Positions 12,901 through 25,400 of a stretch of 64,000 bases of DNA are shown in pieces. Within the stretch, counting starts at the first letter, position 1. Every line of letters starts with the position of its first letter. Origin of the DNA: Phoronis australis (taxonomy: Eukaryota > Animalia > Phoronida); contig NMRA01000003.1 in the NCBI GenBank assembly GCA_002633005.1, forward strand, positions 1,916,727 through 1,980,726. The letters are read 5' to 3'. The notes under the pieces were generated by a model. That model ran no database searches. It was not told the origin of the DNA and saw nothing but the letters and a program-made list of their open reading frames with translations. The position numbers and the translations under genes are program-made.

Positions 12901-15900
12901 ATTTCAGACATTGCGTTTTTGGAAATAGATTTGGCAGTTTATCAAGTTGATGAAACTAGCTGTCATCACAACCTCTTCACGGGTCCTACTAGTTTGTAAT
13001 ATCAAGGAGAAAGATTATTTGCCGTTGATGGTAATTCTTAAATTTGGGAAGACTATTGCATTTTTCTAAAACTTGGAGCAAGCTCTGACCTTATGAAAAA
13101 TAATTCTATTTTTCATTGTCCCAAACTGAAGAATTTTTACCATAAGAGGCAACTTGAGACAAGTTTGCAATGATAAATGGTCTATGGTCAAAACCAAAGA
13201 AGGTAGAAGGCAGGTTTGTAGTAGCTTTTTTTAAAAGCACCTTAATGAAGCTTTGAAACGTGTTTTGCAATGAAAATTGCAACTGTGTTTACCCTTACAG
13301 CAATATACAGTAGTGTCAGTAAACCCTTCCAATAAAAATTGTACCATGTTCTCCACTGTGCTGATAGTTGATGAAGAAAGACACGCTACTGAGGAGGTTA
13401 TCTTCGACAGGGGGACATGCTTGTATTTCAAAAACCAGAGCATACTATTGTGATGAGGATAATAGTCACTCATATAAGGGTTCGGCATTTTGAGTACCAG
13501 TTTTCTCCACTGAATAATGGGGATCAAACTGGTCCTCAAAATCCATGTAAGTGACTATTGCTGTAACCGATACAATAGTCAAGAGAACCTCCTTGTACCT
13601 CAGTAACCAGAGCATAATATGAGGAGTACCTTAGATAGGAGGACCTGCTTGTACTTGAGTAGCCAGAGTAAGTAGGCAGGTGCAGTAGGTTGTTTGGATT
13701 GACTGCCAGAGAAACTCAACTTCCAGCTCTGTAAAAGACCACATTGATGACTAGCCAACTTCGAAGCCATTACACATTAAAAATATGGCCACGTAACTGA
13801 CTACTTATTTACTGTTTTGTTACATATCTTGTATCCGCTCTATAGGTGCATAGGTCGAAAACCCACTCAAGGTCTCGTTTGCATATTCCCCATTGTCCAA
13901 CAGAAATAGGTCCATTGCAACAACACTCACTCATCCAGAGCTGACAAACTGGGCAAAGGGCAAACCAAAGTTAATTCATTGGACCCTAATGCCAACAACA
14001 GGCATGGCAGTACACCTGCATTCAGAGCAGGATGCTGACAAGCTGCGTTGTGCAAACAATGACTCTCAAATTTGGATCCCCACTCGAGAAGATATTACAC
14101 AACCCAATAATCTTTTTGGACTTAAATTTTAGAATATTAGGATATTCCCAGTTCAATCGGATTGAAGACATTTGAACCTGTCTAACTGTTATTACATGTC
14201 ATTTTGGTCAGTCATCAGTTAATTGAATCCTTGTGTTTAATATGTTTTTCTTCATGGAACAGGTCCGATAAGTATCAAGACATGTTTGCTGGTAGAAAAA
14301 ACTTGTGTAATCACTTTTGAGAGTATTACAAAAAGCTTCAGATGGCGGATTCCTTTTAGAAAATATGAATGACTATTTCGGAAGAGAGTAGAGAAATGTA
14401 TGTTTTTAGAATAATTGGAATTAATACTTTTTTCAAGACAATCATTAGGATTAAAGTGGATGAAAATCATATCATTGTCAAGCCTTATCTCCCAGGCAAA
14501 ATGAGCAAATGCAAGAACAAAATGAAGTGAAAAGATGGGGAATACTTACTTCCTTAGTTTGTTGCATACATCCTAGAGATCCTATCTTTGAGTAGACCTC
14601 GTGCAACTTGAGCAGACAAGGCAGGAACTGGTAAGTGCACAAGTCGATGTGAGCCTGATGGAGTTGTAGAATGAGATCACACTCCATGCTATAATATCAG
14701 AGGCAATCTGTTGACTATGTGAACTGATATGTGCTATAATATCAGAGGCAATCTGTTGGCTATGTGAACTGATATGTGCTATAATATCAGAGGCAATCTG
14801 TTGGCTATGTGAACTGATATGTGCTATAATATCAGAGGCAATCTGTTGGCTATGTGAACTGATATGTGCTATAATATCAGAGGCAATCTGTTGGCTATAT
14901 GAACTGATATGTGCACAAGTCGATGTGAGCCAGGTGGAGTTGTAGAATGAGATAATACTCCATGTTACATCAGAGACAGTCTGTTGGCAATATGCAGTAC
15001 TGGTTTCACACTTAGTAAAAATAAAGGGACCTAGATAATTCCAAGGTGGGACTAAGTATACATACGTAATGAGAGTTCATGAATATGAGACAAACAATAT
15101 TTTCTCATATAGATTACGAGTTGTTACAACCACCTGGTTTATCACTTCTGTCAAAAAAGAACAAGCTCAACTTTAGAGTGCTGTAGTACGACACGACTCT
15201 AAGACATTGAATCTACTTTCTGTTTTTGCATTATAGAATAGCAAGCCGGAACAATTATGTGTAAATTCATGGCCAACAGAACAAACAAAATTTCAACAAG
15301 AGCCATTAACACAACCATATCCAAAATTCAAATGACCATCTGTCTAAATTTATTTCCTTGTTAATCATACCCTGCGTCTTACCTGAATGTTGACTTAAGT
15401 TGACTCAGTATAGGATGGTGGAAGTACTTTTGATATGTTTGTATTATGTCAGTGATGACGAGAACTAAGTCATCATAGTTGACAAATCTCATGGAGCCCA
15501 TTGTTGCCATCTGTTCATAGGTGCAAATGTTAAGAAGCACACAGTGTACTAACACACATGTAGCTCTCAAGAACAGCCATGAATGAATTTTTTTAGGTAT
15601 AAAACGCGCATTTTTAATGATTTCCATTGAAAAAATTCTGAATTAGGCCACACATGGGAAATGTAACAGCCTCAACTTGATTTCACACTAACGTAAAATA
15701 TAACAATTATTACTTAAGTATTTGTGATGTGTTGATGCAATGAAATGGCATAGTGTTTTATCACTTTGCATTACCACTTCTATGACATGACAAGCATGCT
15801 CCAGCAGCAAACGTCAACCGCACTTCTAGAAGGCGTATCATTCATACATTGAGAAAATGCCAAAAATTGGGAACAGTCTCTTAGAACTTCACGAACAGAA

Positions 15901-18004
15901 CATTTGTAGTTGCAGCACTAATAGTTTGCACATAACTGACATTTCAGGCTGGACTATTCTAAACATGTAGGGGGTAATAAAACAATTATCTTCTCAGCCA
16001 GGACCATAAACCCTTATTTAGACTGTGTTTATTTACACACTGGCCAACGACAATGGTGTGACTAAGAGCAGGGTTCTCAAAGAACTGCACTCACTGACCT
16101 TGCATATCATCTTCAGAGGGCCTATTGTGTGTAAAGGACACCGATGATTTACAAAGTTCCAAGCCACTACGTAGACTAGTTACCCCCCTCCAAGTCCAAA
16201 ATGACACTGCAGTTGCAGCCTCATCAGTAGAATATTTTTTAAACAGGAGACACTGGTTTCACATGACTGACCATTGTTGCTGTGCAAACAAGAAAGAACG
16301 GTAGACACTGCTCGTGAGAGAAAAACATGCAATGGAAAAAAAATAACAGTAGGCAATTAATAAAAAGGATATAAGTCCATCAACTTCAACCTTGCTGTGA
16401 CAAAGTGGACAAGCTGACCACACAAATGACCCAGTAGTCTTTCCAGAGATGAACGATGGTCATGTGACACGTCAGGCTTCATTCCTAGATCTTCAACTCT
16501 CCGAAAATCAGTCATTACAGCATTGTAAGAAGAGCGTAGATTCTAGTATGAAAACAAGTAAGAGTTTATTTATTTAATCGTAATATTTAAAATGAGGGTG
16601 ACCTCTTCAGTGAAAGCACTGCTTTCCAAGAGGGCCCTCAAAATAAATGGTAATAATCAAATGGGCATGTCTTGAGAGCTTTTACCTTTGGCTACGGAAG
16701 TTGTTTTTATATTTTAATACAGTCAATTAGCAATTTTACATTTGACTATGCAATTTAGTGACTGCTTCTGTAGCTAGATTTGCTTATTAATTCAATTTTG
16801 AAGTGCCGCAAGTGATTTATCGTTGATCCAATTAATCTTTGTGTGTTAACTTTTTAGGTGTACGGAAATGTTGGGGATTTCAAAAAGAAGACCATTCGAA
16901 TATCAAGAAATGTTCTGCAAGACAAGTGTCAAATTAAACAATGATCCTAAATCTAAATATTTATACAACAGAAGTTTTTGTCCCTTAAAAATGTTCTAGA
17001 ATTTGTTCTACATCATTGAGAGCCTGAAAAGCAGATTCACCAATGGACACACAAGTGACATTGTTTGTGATGGAAGCATAATTGATAATTAATTGTTGTC
17101 ACATACAAAAACAACAAAAGATTACAAAATTGGTCACATATGTCAAATGCTCACATCTTTTCTTCCAAACCAGTTCTTGACACCAAGATATGCCATGCAG
17201 GAATAGTTCTTTTCTGCCGTGACAAAGTTGACCAGTGCCTTCACCATTTGAATCCAAACAGGACTTGAGCTGGTAGGGTGTTCTCTTTCCCTCTCCTGTG
17301 GTTGACAGTTAAATTTATTATAATGCAGGCGAACTCGCCAATGAAGTTTGAACAGTAATGCAGGAAAGTTTGCAGGCACATTCGCTGCAATTGGCCGCAT
17401 CCATAACAAAGAAAACTTAACAAGTACATATTAGTGTTGTTGCGCAAAGTATGGCTGTTGAGGAAATATACACTGCATCAGTCAGCTATATAGTTTTATT
17501 CACACATATCTACTGTAGTCATAGCCACATCCTAAAATACCAGAGCGCCACCCTGTTTCTGTACTTCTAAACCCATAATGCTGTGCATCTGCAATGTGCT
17601 TATTCTCACAATTGTTCCCTGCTGCCATGCTAATCTCATTTTCACATCAAAATAATTATTCCTCAATCTAATCCCAGAAAGCTTTACAGCTGCACAATTA
17701 GAGGCAATACTGATATCAACAAGAGTGACATGTGGTGGGTGGGGCACTATATATCTTTCCATACTTCTACCACTTAGTTCACAAATTAGTACATTATGTC
17801 ATAAGCAGGTTGATCATGAAATGCATTATCACCTCCATAAAGGAGAGAACCAATCCAGGACATTGCTATCCCTTTTGCTAATTAGTTCTTACTAAACCTT
17901 ACCATTTTCTCTTTTGCTTTGTCATAAGCAAACTGGCTGAGACACACAAAGAACGACTCGAGGAAGGCTTGCTCCTGAGACACCAATTGAGATGTGGCTG
18001 CCAT
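9953..18004 (-). CDS. KICS2: KICSTOR complex subunit 2 (C12orf66 homolog), 9 coding exons
   Basis: Exons 18004-17903, 17295-17155, 16542-16373, 15520-15383, 14688-14550, 13728-13630, 12593-12496, 11385-11220, 10228-9953, all phase-consistent. Translation: MAATSQLVSQEQAFLESFF..FAYDKAKE..ARLKLMDFYEQM..FHHPILS..SKFSLYFHEILSKQ..GPGYH..HWPNVVMMI..STYFMTRIEP..VFSSLRPGSKG*, matching C12orf66 motifs throughout. Confidence 0.93.
10687..10951. mobile_element. hAT-like MITE (related copies at ~54080-54140 and ~62140-62377)
   Basis: Terminal inverted repeats atgcgtgcacccag / ctgggtgcgcacat. Internal 'ggacttttgtctc...gacctttt' is shared with 62140-62377. The element contains an N gap. Confidence 0.6.
11725..11865. 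repeat. Dispersed repeat; inverted partner at ~16000-16135
   Basis: gatatgcaagatcagtga..gaaccctgctcttagtca is the reverse complement of tgactaagagcagggttc..tcactgaccttgcatatc at 16059-16108. Confidence 0.7.
14688..14912. repeat. 45-bp minisatellite x5 overlapping the KICS2 exon-5 acceptor
   Basis: Unit gctataatatcagaggcaatctgttggctatgtgaactgatatgt starts at 14688, 14733, 14778, 14823 and 14868. Confidence 0.95.
15521..16372 (-). other. U12-type (minor spliceosome) AT-AC intron, KICS2 intron 3
   Basis: Minus-strand 5' site ATATCCTTTT, branch site TTCTTAAC ~10 nt from the end, and 3' terminal CAC. Splicing gives GAC TT|C TAT = D-F-Y, the conserved 'DFYE' of KICS2. Confidence 0.93.
16564..16638 (-). 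mobile_element. 3'-terminal fragment of an L2/Crack-type LINE (or SINE tail)
   Basis: Minus strand gagggccctc..accctcattttaaatattac..aaataaataaa resembles the 3' tail of the LINE at 57765-57820 (accctcattgtaaatattac..aataaataaat). Confidence 0.5.
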
Positions 18005-19497
18005 GTCTATCAATTCTGTGTTAAACTCATGTGATCATACTCCTTGTCAGTACTGGTAAAGAATAATCAGTCTCAGATGTCTGCATCTTGAAAACCCATG
18101 ACTGTTATGAGTGACCACGTTCTTATGATGTAACCTGAAAATTTATGAGCTTGGTCAGTAGAAATAGCAAACTGTCAGTTCATTCTAAGCCCAGCAATCA
18201 CTTCTGAACTGAGTAAGGAACCAGACAAGACCAATTTTATAACACTAAGTGACTTAAGTCAATTTTTTTTAAAAAGCTCAAGTTAGATGCTGCAAAAAAT
18301 TTAGGGTGACTTCCAACATACTTTATTGACAGTGGAGTGCAATGGAGTTGGAGTCCCTTTTTTACATACATAGTGTATGATAGGCATGTTCTAAAAATGA
18401 AGATAAAATTCATAAATCTCCCATACAAAGCACTGCAAATTTGCATAGGTTTTGAAAGGAGACCATAATTTACTTGCAATATTGTGTCAAGTGGAGTTAA
18501 GCAATCGATCAGAACCCCAAACAGGCACTACATCACATTTCTCAACTGGCAACTATGAATGCTGGTTTTGACAGGAGAAATGCATCTTTAAATCAGGTTA
18601 AGTGGTCTAAATATCAACGCTAAACTACAGTAGATTTATACACAGCGCGCTCCTACTTTTACCCCATCCGCCAAGAGTGAACACAGTAAAAATGGCCAGT
18701 TGCCGATTTCGGCAACAGAATGAAGGATTTTTCGAAGAAAAGGTTTGATAACGCGAGTATTTGTTCGAGCTGGAAGGAATTAAAGACATCATGGCCTCCT
18801 AAAGGTGTCCGTCTAAGGGCAAAAGGCAACGTGACTTTGATGTTTTAAGCAGTGTGAGGCATAATTTGCCGAAAACCTTCGGGCGTATTAAGCTCCTACA
18901 GGAGCTTCACAGTCTTTACTGGCCAGCTAGCGACGGTGGTCACAGTCTATGTTTAGCCTAGGTATTACTTGCCAGCTTGGTGCAAAATTGGCTCCTTATA
19001 ATACAATGTATAGGAACACAGGTCGCTTGCTGGCTAGGTTTTGCGACGGGAGGCTGGTTTATAGCCGTTTTAAGACAACAACAGACACAGAATTCACAAA
19101 AGCTGCAAAGACAAATATACGATCTGCACTTGCCAGCAATAAAACTGGAAGACAAAACTAAAATTAAACGCGTGAAAGGTCTCATAGGATGTTTTCAACT
19201 TCCGCTCTCGTATATTGGAGGTTAATTTTGTATTATTGTTCATCAATTTTGGGGGAAAGTAGGCATTCTTGTCTACAATAAAACTTTTGTTAAAAGGGTC
19301 GGTTTCTTAATTTCTGTCTTATTGTGAGGTAGATCTATATTCGAACAAGAAATTTTCGTTGTAAATATTTTTCTTCTTGCTGTTCAATATTAATATATTT
19401 GGACATATTGAATATGTTTTTTATATTTCACTTGCTTCCCACTAAACTTTAAGCACAGCATACTGGGTCAAAGGTTACACTGTGGTAAAAGGTAAAG
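18005..19497. promoter_or_regulatory. Divergent (head-to-head) promoter region of KICS2 and ACOX1
   Basis: The start codons point away from each other ~1.5 kb apart. The region is locally CpG-richer at ~18640-19250 and has a YY1-like AAAATGGC at ~18688. The TSSs cannot be determined. Confidence 0.5.
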
Positions 19498-22400
19498 ATG
19501 GCTGGGTCGGTAAATCCAGAAATCCAAAACGAAAGAAATGCAGCTACGTTTGATGTCGAGACCCTGACAAACATTCTTGATGGTGGCAAAGAAAGAACAG
19601 AGAGGAGGCGATATGTTCGTGAGTTCTGTCAAATGTGTTTTACTTGTGCTCCCTCTGAACGATTGTTGAGAAATATCGGTCAAAGCTGTGCTAGACGACG
19701 TGCCCGCTTCTTCTTCTTCTCCACTGGCACTGCTTAAATGACGTTTGTATCACTTGCTGTCTAACCTGAGTGTGATTTTGAACTTGTGACTGAGATGGCA
19801 TGCCGCTGTTGCTGAACTTAGGTTTAACTTCCCTAGGTCTTTTGTGGGTTGTTAAAATAATTTTTCCCTTATGACACTATCAAAGTCTGGACTGTGTCCC
19901 ACTTATTGACTTTGATGATAATATTTTTTCTTATCTGCACTATGCAATTTTATGGTTCTTGTATTCTGAAAGGTTATAGCCAGATGTGACACTCCCAGAT
20001 TTAAGAACTGTTACTTACACTTAACATTTTACAATCGGTCAGATTCACAGCACTTTGTACTGAGTCGAGATTGAGATTTGTAGACAGAACCCGCTGTTGT
20101 CAAGAAGCCTCTTTCAGGAAGGCTGATGTAAGTCTTTGTGTTTGCATCAAAACCATTACAGATGACTTCACAGAAATAACAACATGGCTTCCTCAGTTGT
20201 TAAAAGTTAAGTTAGGATCTGAAATGGTTGCCATGCCTTGCAAAAGGCTCGTCTTGCATGCAAAACGAGAGTTACCGAGTTATACTAATTTATCACAGTT
20301 CTTTGCTGCAACATGTTACAACGCACGTATAGACATGCACACTTTAGCACTCAGAAACAGTTTATAACACGAGACAAATCCAGTCGTAGCAGATGTGTAA
20401 AAACTTGTTCATGTCTCAAACGACATGGCATGAATTACACTCTAAATCCCACCTCAAGCTCAAAGCAATTACACAAATGCTGGATCAGTTAGACACAGTC
20501 ATTCAAAACCCATTGACTTGCAAATTACTATTCAGAGCGGCAATGCTGGTTACGACAACAGATGGCCCACCATTACAGTATCATGATTTTGTTGTTTTCG
20601 GAGATGGCAACCCCATTACTAGTAGATGATATGAGAAACGGTTCTTCAATCGAACTTTAGTAAAGTTGTGTGTCATTATATTATATGTTAATTTATTTTT
20701 ATCGTGTTTCTTTCTTGTAACTTCCAGAGAGTTTGGTGCTAAAAGACCCGGAAATGCAACATAGACCGTATGCATACATGGAGAGAAAGGAGAGGTATGA
20801 AACAGCTATGAAACTTGTCACACAAAGTGCCAAGAAGATGCTGGAACATGGCTTAGATGATCCACTTGACACTTTTCATTATAAGAGGTGAGTGAAGTGA
20901 TTTCATTTTGATTAATTATAAGGATGAGTGAGGTAGAATATTAACAAGTTTCTGAACTGAAAAAAGAACAAATTTCATGCATCTATCTTCTGGATTCTTT
21001 TTAATTGTGGAAATTTTCTTCAATTTTCAGGTTGACAAATATTTGTCAATTGTCAAAACTTACATTTTCAACACTTTTGACATTGATAAAAATTCTCAAA
21101 ACGCTACTTTTTGGTACCGGGCATAGTGTTAACTTAAGTAATAACAAACTTAAAAAACAGTGAAGGTGGCCTGATGTCATTTGGGGTGCATCAGACGCAC
21201 ACAGCTTTCATGGTTGGGCCCATTGCACCAAATACCTGAGCTTAAAACATGAGAGCCTCATTATGGATCAACAGGTTCTTCGTGAAGGAAGATTTCAAGT
21301 TTGCCTGTCTCCTTTAAGAAAACGGACAGACGTTTTCATTTGTTGCCACGCACTGTGTGTTATAGGCATGTAACAGTGCCATCCAGTAGGTTGCTCCTTA
21401 GCCTATAAAAAGCTGTGCAAGACTCTTCCAGGTGTTATGGGGTTTCAACGTCAGTACCACACTGTGGACACACTGGGCTAACCACATGCCCAGTAAGGTG
21501 TCTGTGTCGGGCTACGTTACACTGGCCCATCAAAATTTGAATGACGTGTCTTATGCAGTAACAAACTTAGTCGTTTTCTTTGTATTTTTTTAAGAAATTT
21601 TAAAAACTAAAATCTTATATGTACATTATGCTAAGTTTTGAATGAAAGAAACTTAGAAAGTTTTACTTCGTGTTCAACAACATTCAAACCGAACATGAAG
21701 CTGGTGGTAAGATGTTACATTGCATTATTCAACATTTCATGTTGTTACAGCTGTGTCATGGGTCCATCAAGCAACCCATTAGCTTTACAGACTGCCATGT
21801 TTTTGCCAACTTTAAAAAGTCTATGTACAAAAGAACAGCTTGACAAATGGCTTCCGATGGCAGAACGCTACGAAATGATTGGAACATATGCACAGACTGA
21901 GTTAGGACATGGTAAGATGCTTTCTTAAAACTAAACCTCATCATTCTGGTTCTTAGTTAGTATGGAATATTACACATTATTATTCAAAAGATTGATTTAG
22001 GACAAAAATAGCATTATGTGTTCTGGTGTGCGCCTAAATTATTTTGAAATCTGTGCCTCAAGACTGACACCTGGTGGCGCTGGACAAATAAAGGATCTCG
22101 ACCCATTTCATCTAGCATCAGGTGACTTTCTTTTTAAATGCATGGAAATTTTAAAAAATACCTCATTGCTGCATCAATTAATTGAGGCAGTATAAAAACC
22201 TTTAATGCTACTTTTGATCTTTTCTAAGAGTTTTACTTGATTTAGCTAAAGTACTTTGCGATTACAACTGATTTCTGAAGTTAAATTCCAGTTTTTAGAC
22301 TTGTGAACCATAGGACATTTAAAACATATTATCCTTGTCTAGTTAGTGAAGAGGATACAAAACTGAGCGACAATTAAGATTACTTTGACAAAATAAATAG

Positions 22401-25400
22401 TGGATGTTTCAGACAGTTCTTGAACACTGATCCTACATTTTTTTGGGTGATTTACTGCTAAGAAATTAGAATATGAAAATTTTAAAGGCTGGTAATGTAA
22501 ATATTATGTTGCGTTTATTTGAAACTTCTCTTCACCGCCACAGCACTTTATAACCAGTAAAACTGTATAATGAAGCGTGAAAATTATACTTCTCAAAGGC
22601 CGTGGTTGGACGTAAAATCCTTTGACATATCTCATGTGCAGTAAAGACCGTTATCATACATGTCAAGTCTGATGTTAGAGTTCCAGCTGACCTATTTTGG
22701 TGATGTACATTTAGACTTTGAAATGTAGAATTAAAATTTAATTGTTTAGAAATTATTTAAAAATAAGCAATGTTACGTTGCACTGTATCAACATTATGTG
22801 AATGTTGCCTTGAGTGTATGTACATGACTGTACAGTTTTTATCAATATTAATCTGAACTTTTATCAAATATCTGAAATGTAACAGTGAGTCTTATTTGGA
22901 GAGCAATTGTTTAAAAACAAAAAAGGAAATAATGTGATAAAAGTTTGTGTGCAAGTAATACACGTCAGGTAAAGTTGTTTCCTTCTACTAGTTATTCTTG
23001 GACTTGTCACTTTTTGTTTGAAGATTTTCAGGTTTGTTTTGCTTTTTTGTATCTAGGAACATTTATTCGAGGACTGGAAACCACGGCAACATATGACCCT
23101 GCCAACCAAGAGTTTGTCCTCAACTCCCCAACACTTACTGCCCTCAAGTGGTGGCCTGGCAACTGTTAGTATCATTTTATGCCTTTATTGGTGTGTAAGA
23201 TGTAACATTGAAGTTGGTCATACTCACATGTTTTAAACTGTCTAACTTTGAGGTTGGTACCAGGAATTTCCGTAGATAAGCCCATGGGCGTGTACTCAGA
23301 AAATGAAAATTTTCAGGCATTTTAGCAACACCAAATAAACACGCGGACGTTTATTCGGAAAAATGCGTGTAAACGGAAAGCCATAGTTTTGCTTGACTTG
23401 ACACTATTTTACTTAAAAATGTGTTTTTAATTTTTTTTGTTAATAAATGCATAGTTTGCCAACGCCTTGTTTGTTTTTATAAATGATAAATGCTCCACAA
23501 ATCTGAGGGAAATTTCCAAATAAACACCTCACTGTCTGGCACTTGACACCACAAGTTGTACCACCAAATAAACGCCCATGGGTGTGTATTTGGCATAATT
23601 TTCTAAATCAACGCCCATGGGTGTTTCATCGGGTGGGCTTATCTACGGAAAACCACGGTATGCTTTCATCTAGGTTAGTGTGTTTTCACAATGTTGCTAA
23701 GCAATGTCAAATATTTAAAATTTGTAGAGTTGAAGTTAGAGCTTTCTGTAAATAGTTCTTTAGTGACTAAGAATTTGCTTTTATTGCTTGCAATCAACAA
23801 TTTATTCCCTTCTGTTTCAGTGGGTAAAACCACCAATCACGTGGTGGTGATGGCCATCTTGTTTTCTAAAGGACAAACCTATGGCATGCAACCCTTCCTA
23901 CTTCAGACCAGAAGTATGGTGGACCACAAGCCTTTGCCAGGTAGGTTATCTCCTACAGTGGCACACCAAGTGGTGTTAAAAACAGCTATGTGTTTATGTA
24001 AGACACTGCCACTTTGATTCTTTGCCTGGACTTATGCCTAAGACACGCTTCAAAGGGGTTCTGCAGGGCATGCAGTCAATCAAGGTCAGGCGAGCTTCAC
24101 AATCAGAATCTATTTGTCATCACTCTGGCTTGTAGGAGACCTGAAGGGTTTCAGCGGCAAGTCTGGCAGGTTTTGTGGAAAATTGAGAAATTGTGTACCT
24201 GTTTATTTGTCTCATCAGATGCTGGACTTAGGTTCCAACAATTGTACGTTCCTTGTCAATTTCCACACAAACCACAGCTGATTTTAAAACAGACACTGAC
24301 AGGGGTCATGACAATGCAATTGGTAATGATGGGGGGAGAATTTTCCCCTCACTCAAAAAATTCTCTTCTCAGAAGGTACAGACACACACACTGTACAGTT
24401 AGCAGAAGGTCCGGGGTTAGTCCCGGTCAGGGACTAAAATCTTTTCGAACTTATGTTCATTAGGTCATATGATGTGGCCAAGAAGTGACGTGCAGACCAG
24501 ATTTACAATGTTTGTGTTAATATGGTACTTCTGAATTTTAGTCTTGCTTTTTTATTATAGGAATTACACTTGGTGATATTGGCCCAAAACTGGGATATTG
24601 GTCCAATGACAATGGTTTTATGAAGCTGGATAATGTGCGCATTCCTCGGGAGAATATGTTGATGAAAAATGCAGAGGTACTAAATACCATTAATACAATT
24701 TCGTGGGACATTTGTTTTGTACTACTGACTTCAAGAGATTCTGTTTTGTGACTTTTTTGTGTTATGCTAAGAACTATCTTTCACTAAATTGTTTCAGCTA
24801 CACTGGTAGTACACTGGGCCTGCTTCCGTTTATAGCTACTTATTCATGGATTAATTTTTGTTGAGTCTTTATTTGACAGAAACAAACACACAGCATGGTA
24901 GGTGATGTACAAAATGTGTCATCGAACACGTGTACTTGTATTGCTATTTTAATCCGCGATGACACTGGGGTTATTGATTATGCAGGGGTGACTGATAATG
25001 CGTCGGGGTGACTGGTAATGGAGAGTTGACTGTATTGCTACTTTTAGTAAATTTGCCCTCCAAGTCTCCATCTCCATACCTTATTGACCAGAATAATTTT
25101 GCCTAAACACATCTTGTTTTCTCTGCAAATCATGTTCTTTATAAATCCTACTGAATTGGTCATTTACCCGGCAACTAAATCAATCATTATTGTGCTATGT
25201 CACACCTCTCCATCCACAGCCTGTTAGTTATATCCTTGCTTTTATTATTACAACAGGTTTCTTCAGCTGTGTATTCTATTTGTATTTCCTACTAAGGTGA
25301 GACCAGACGGAACAGTTGTTCAGAAGCGCAGTGATAAGCTGACTTATGGCACTATGGTCTTTATTAGGTCAGCAATCGTGTACGAAATGGGTACAACCTT

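Noticed and set aside
14688-14912. Regular repeats superficially like a CRISPR array (also 26170-26378)
   Set aside because: The units are contiguous with no unique spacers, lie in eukaryotic introns, and have no cas genes nearby.
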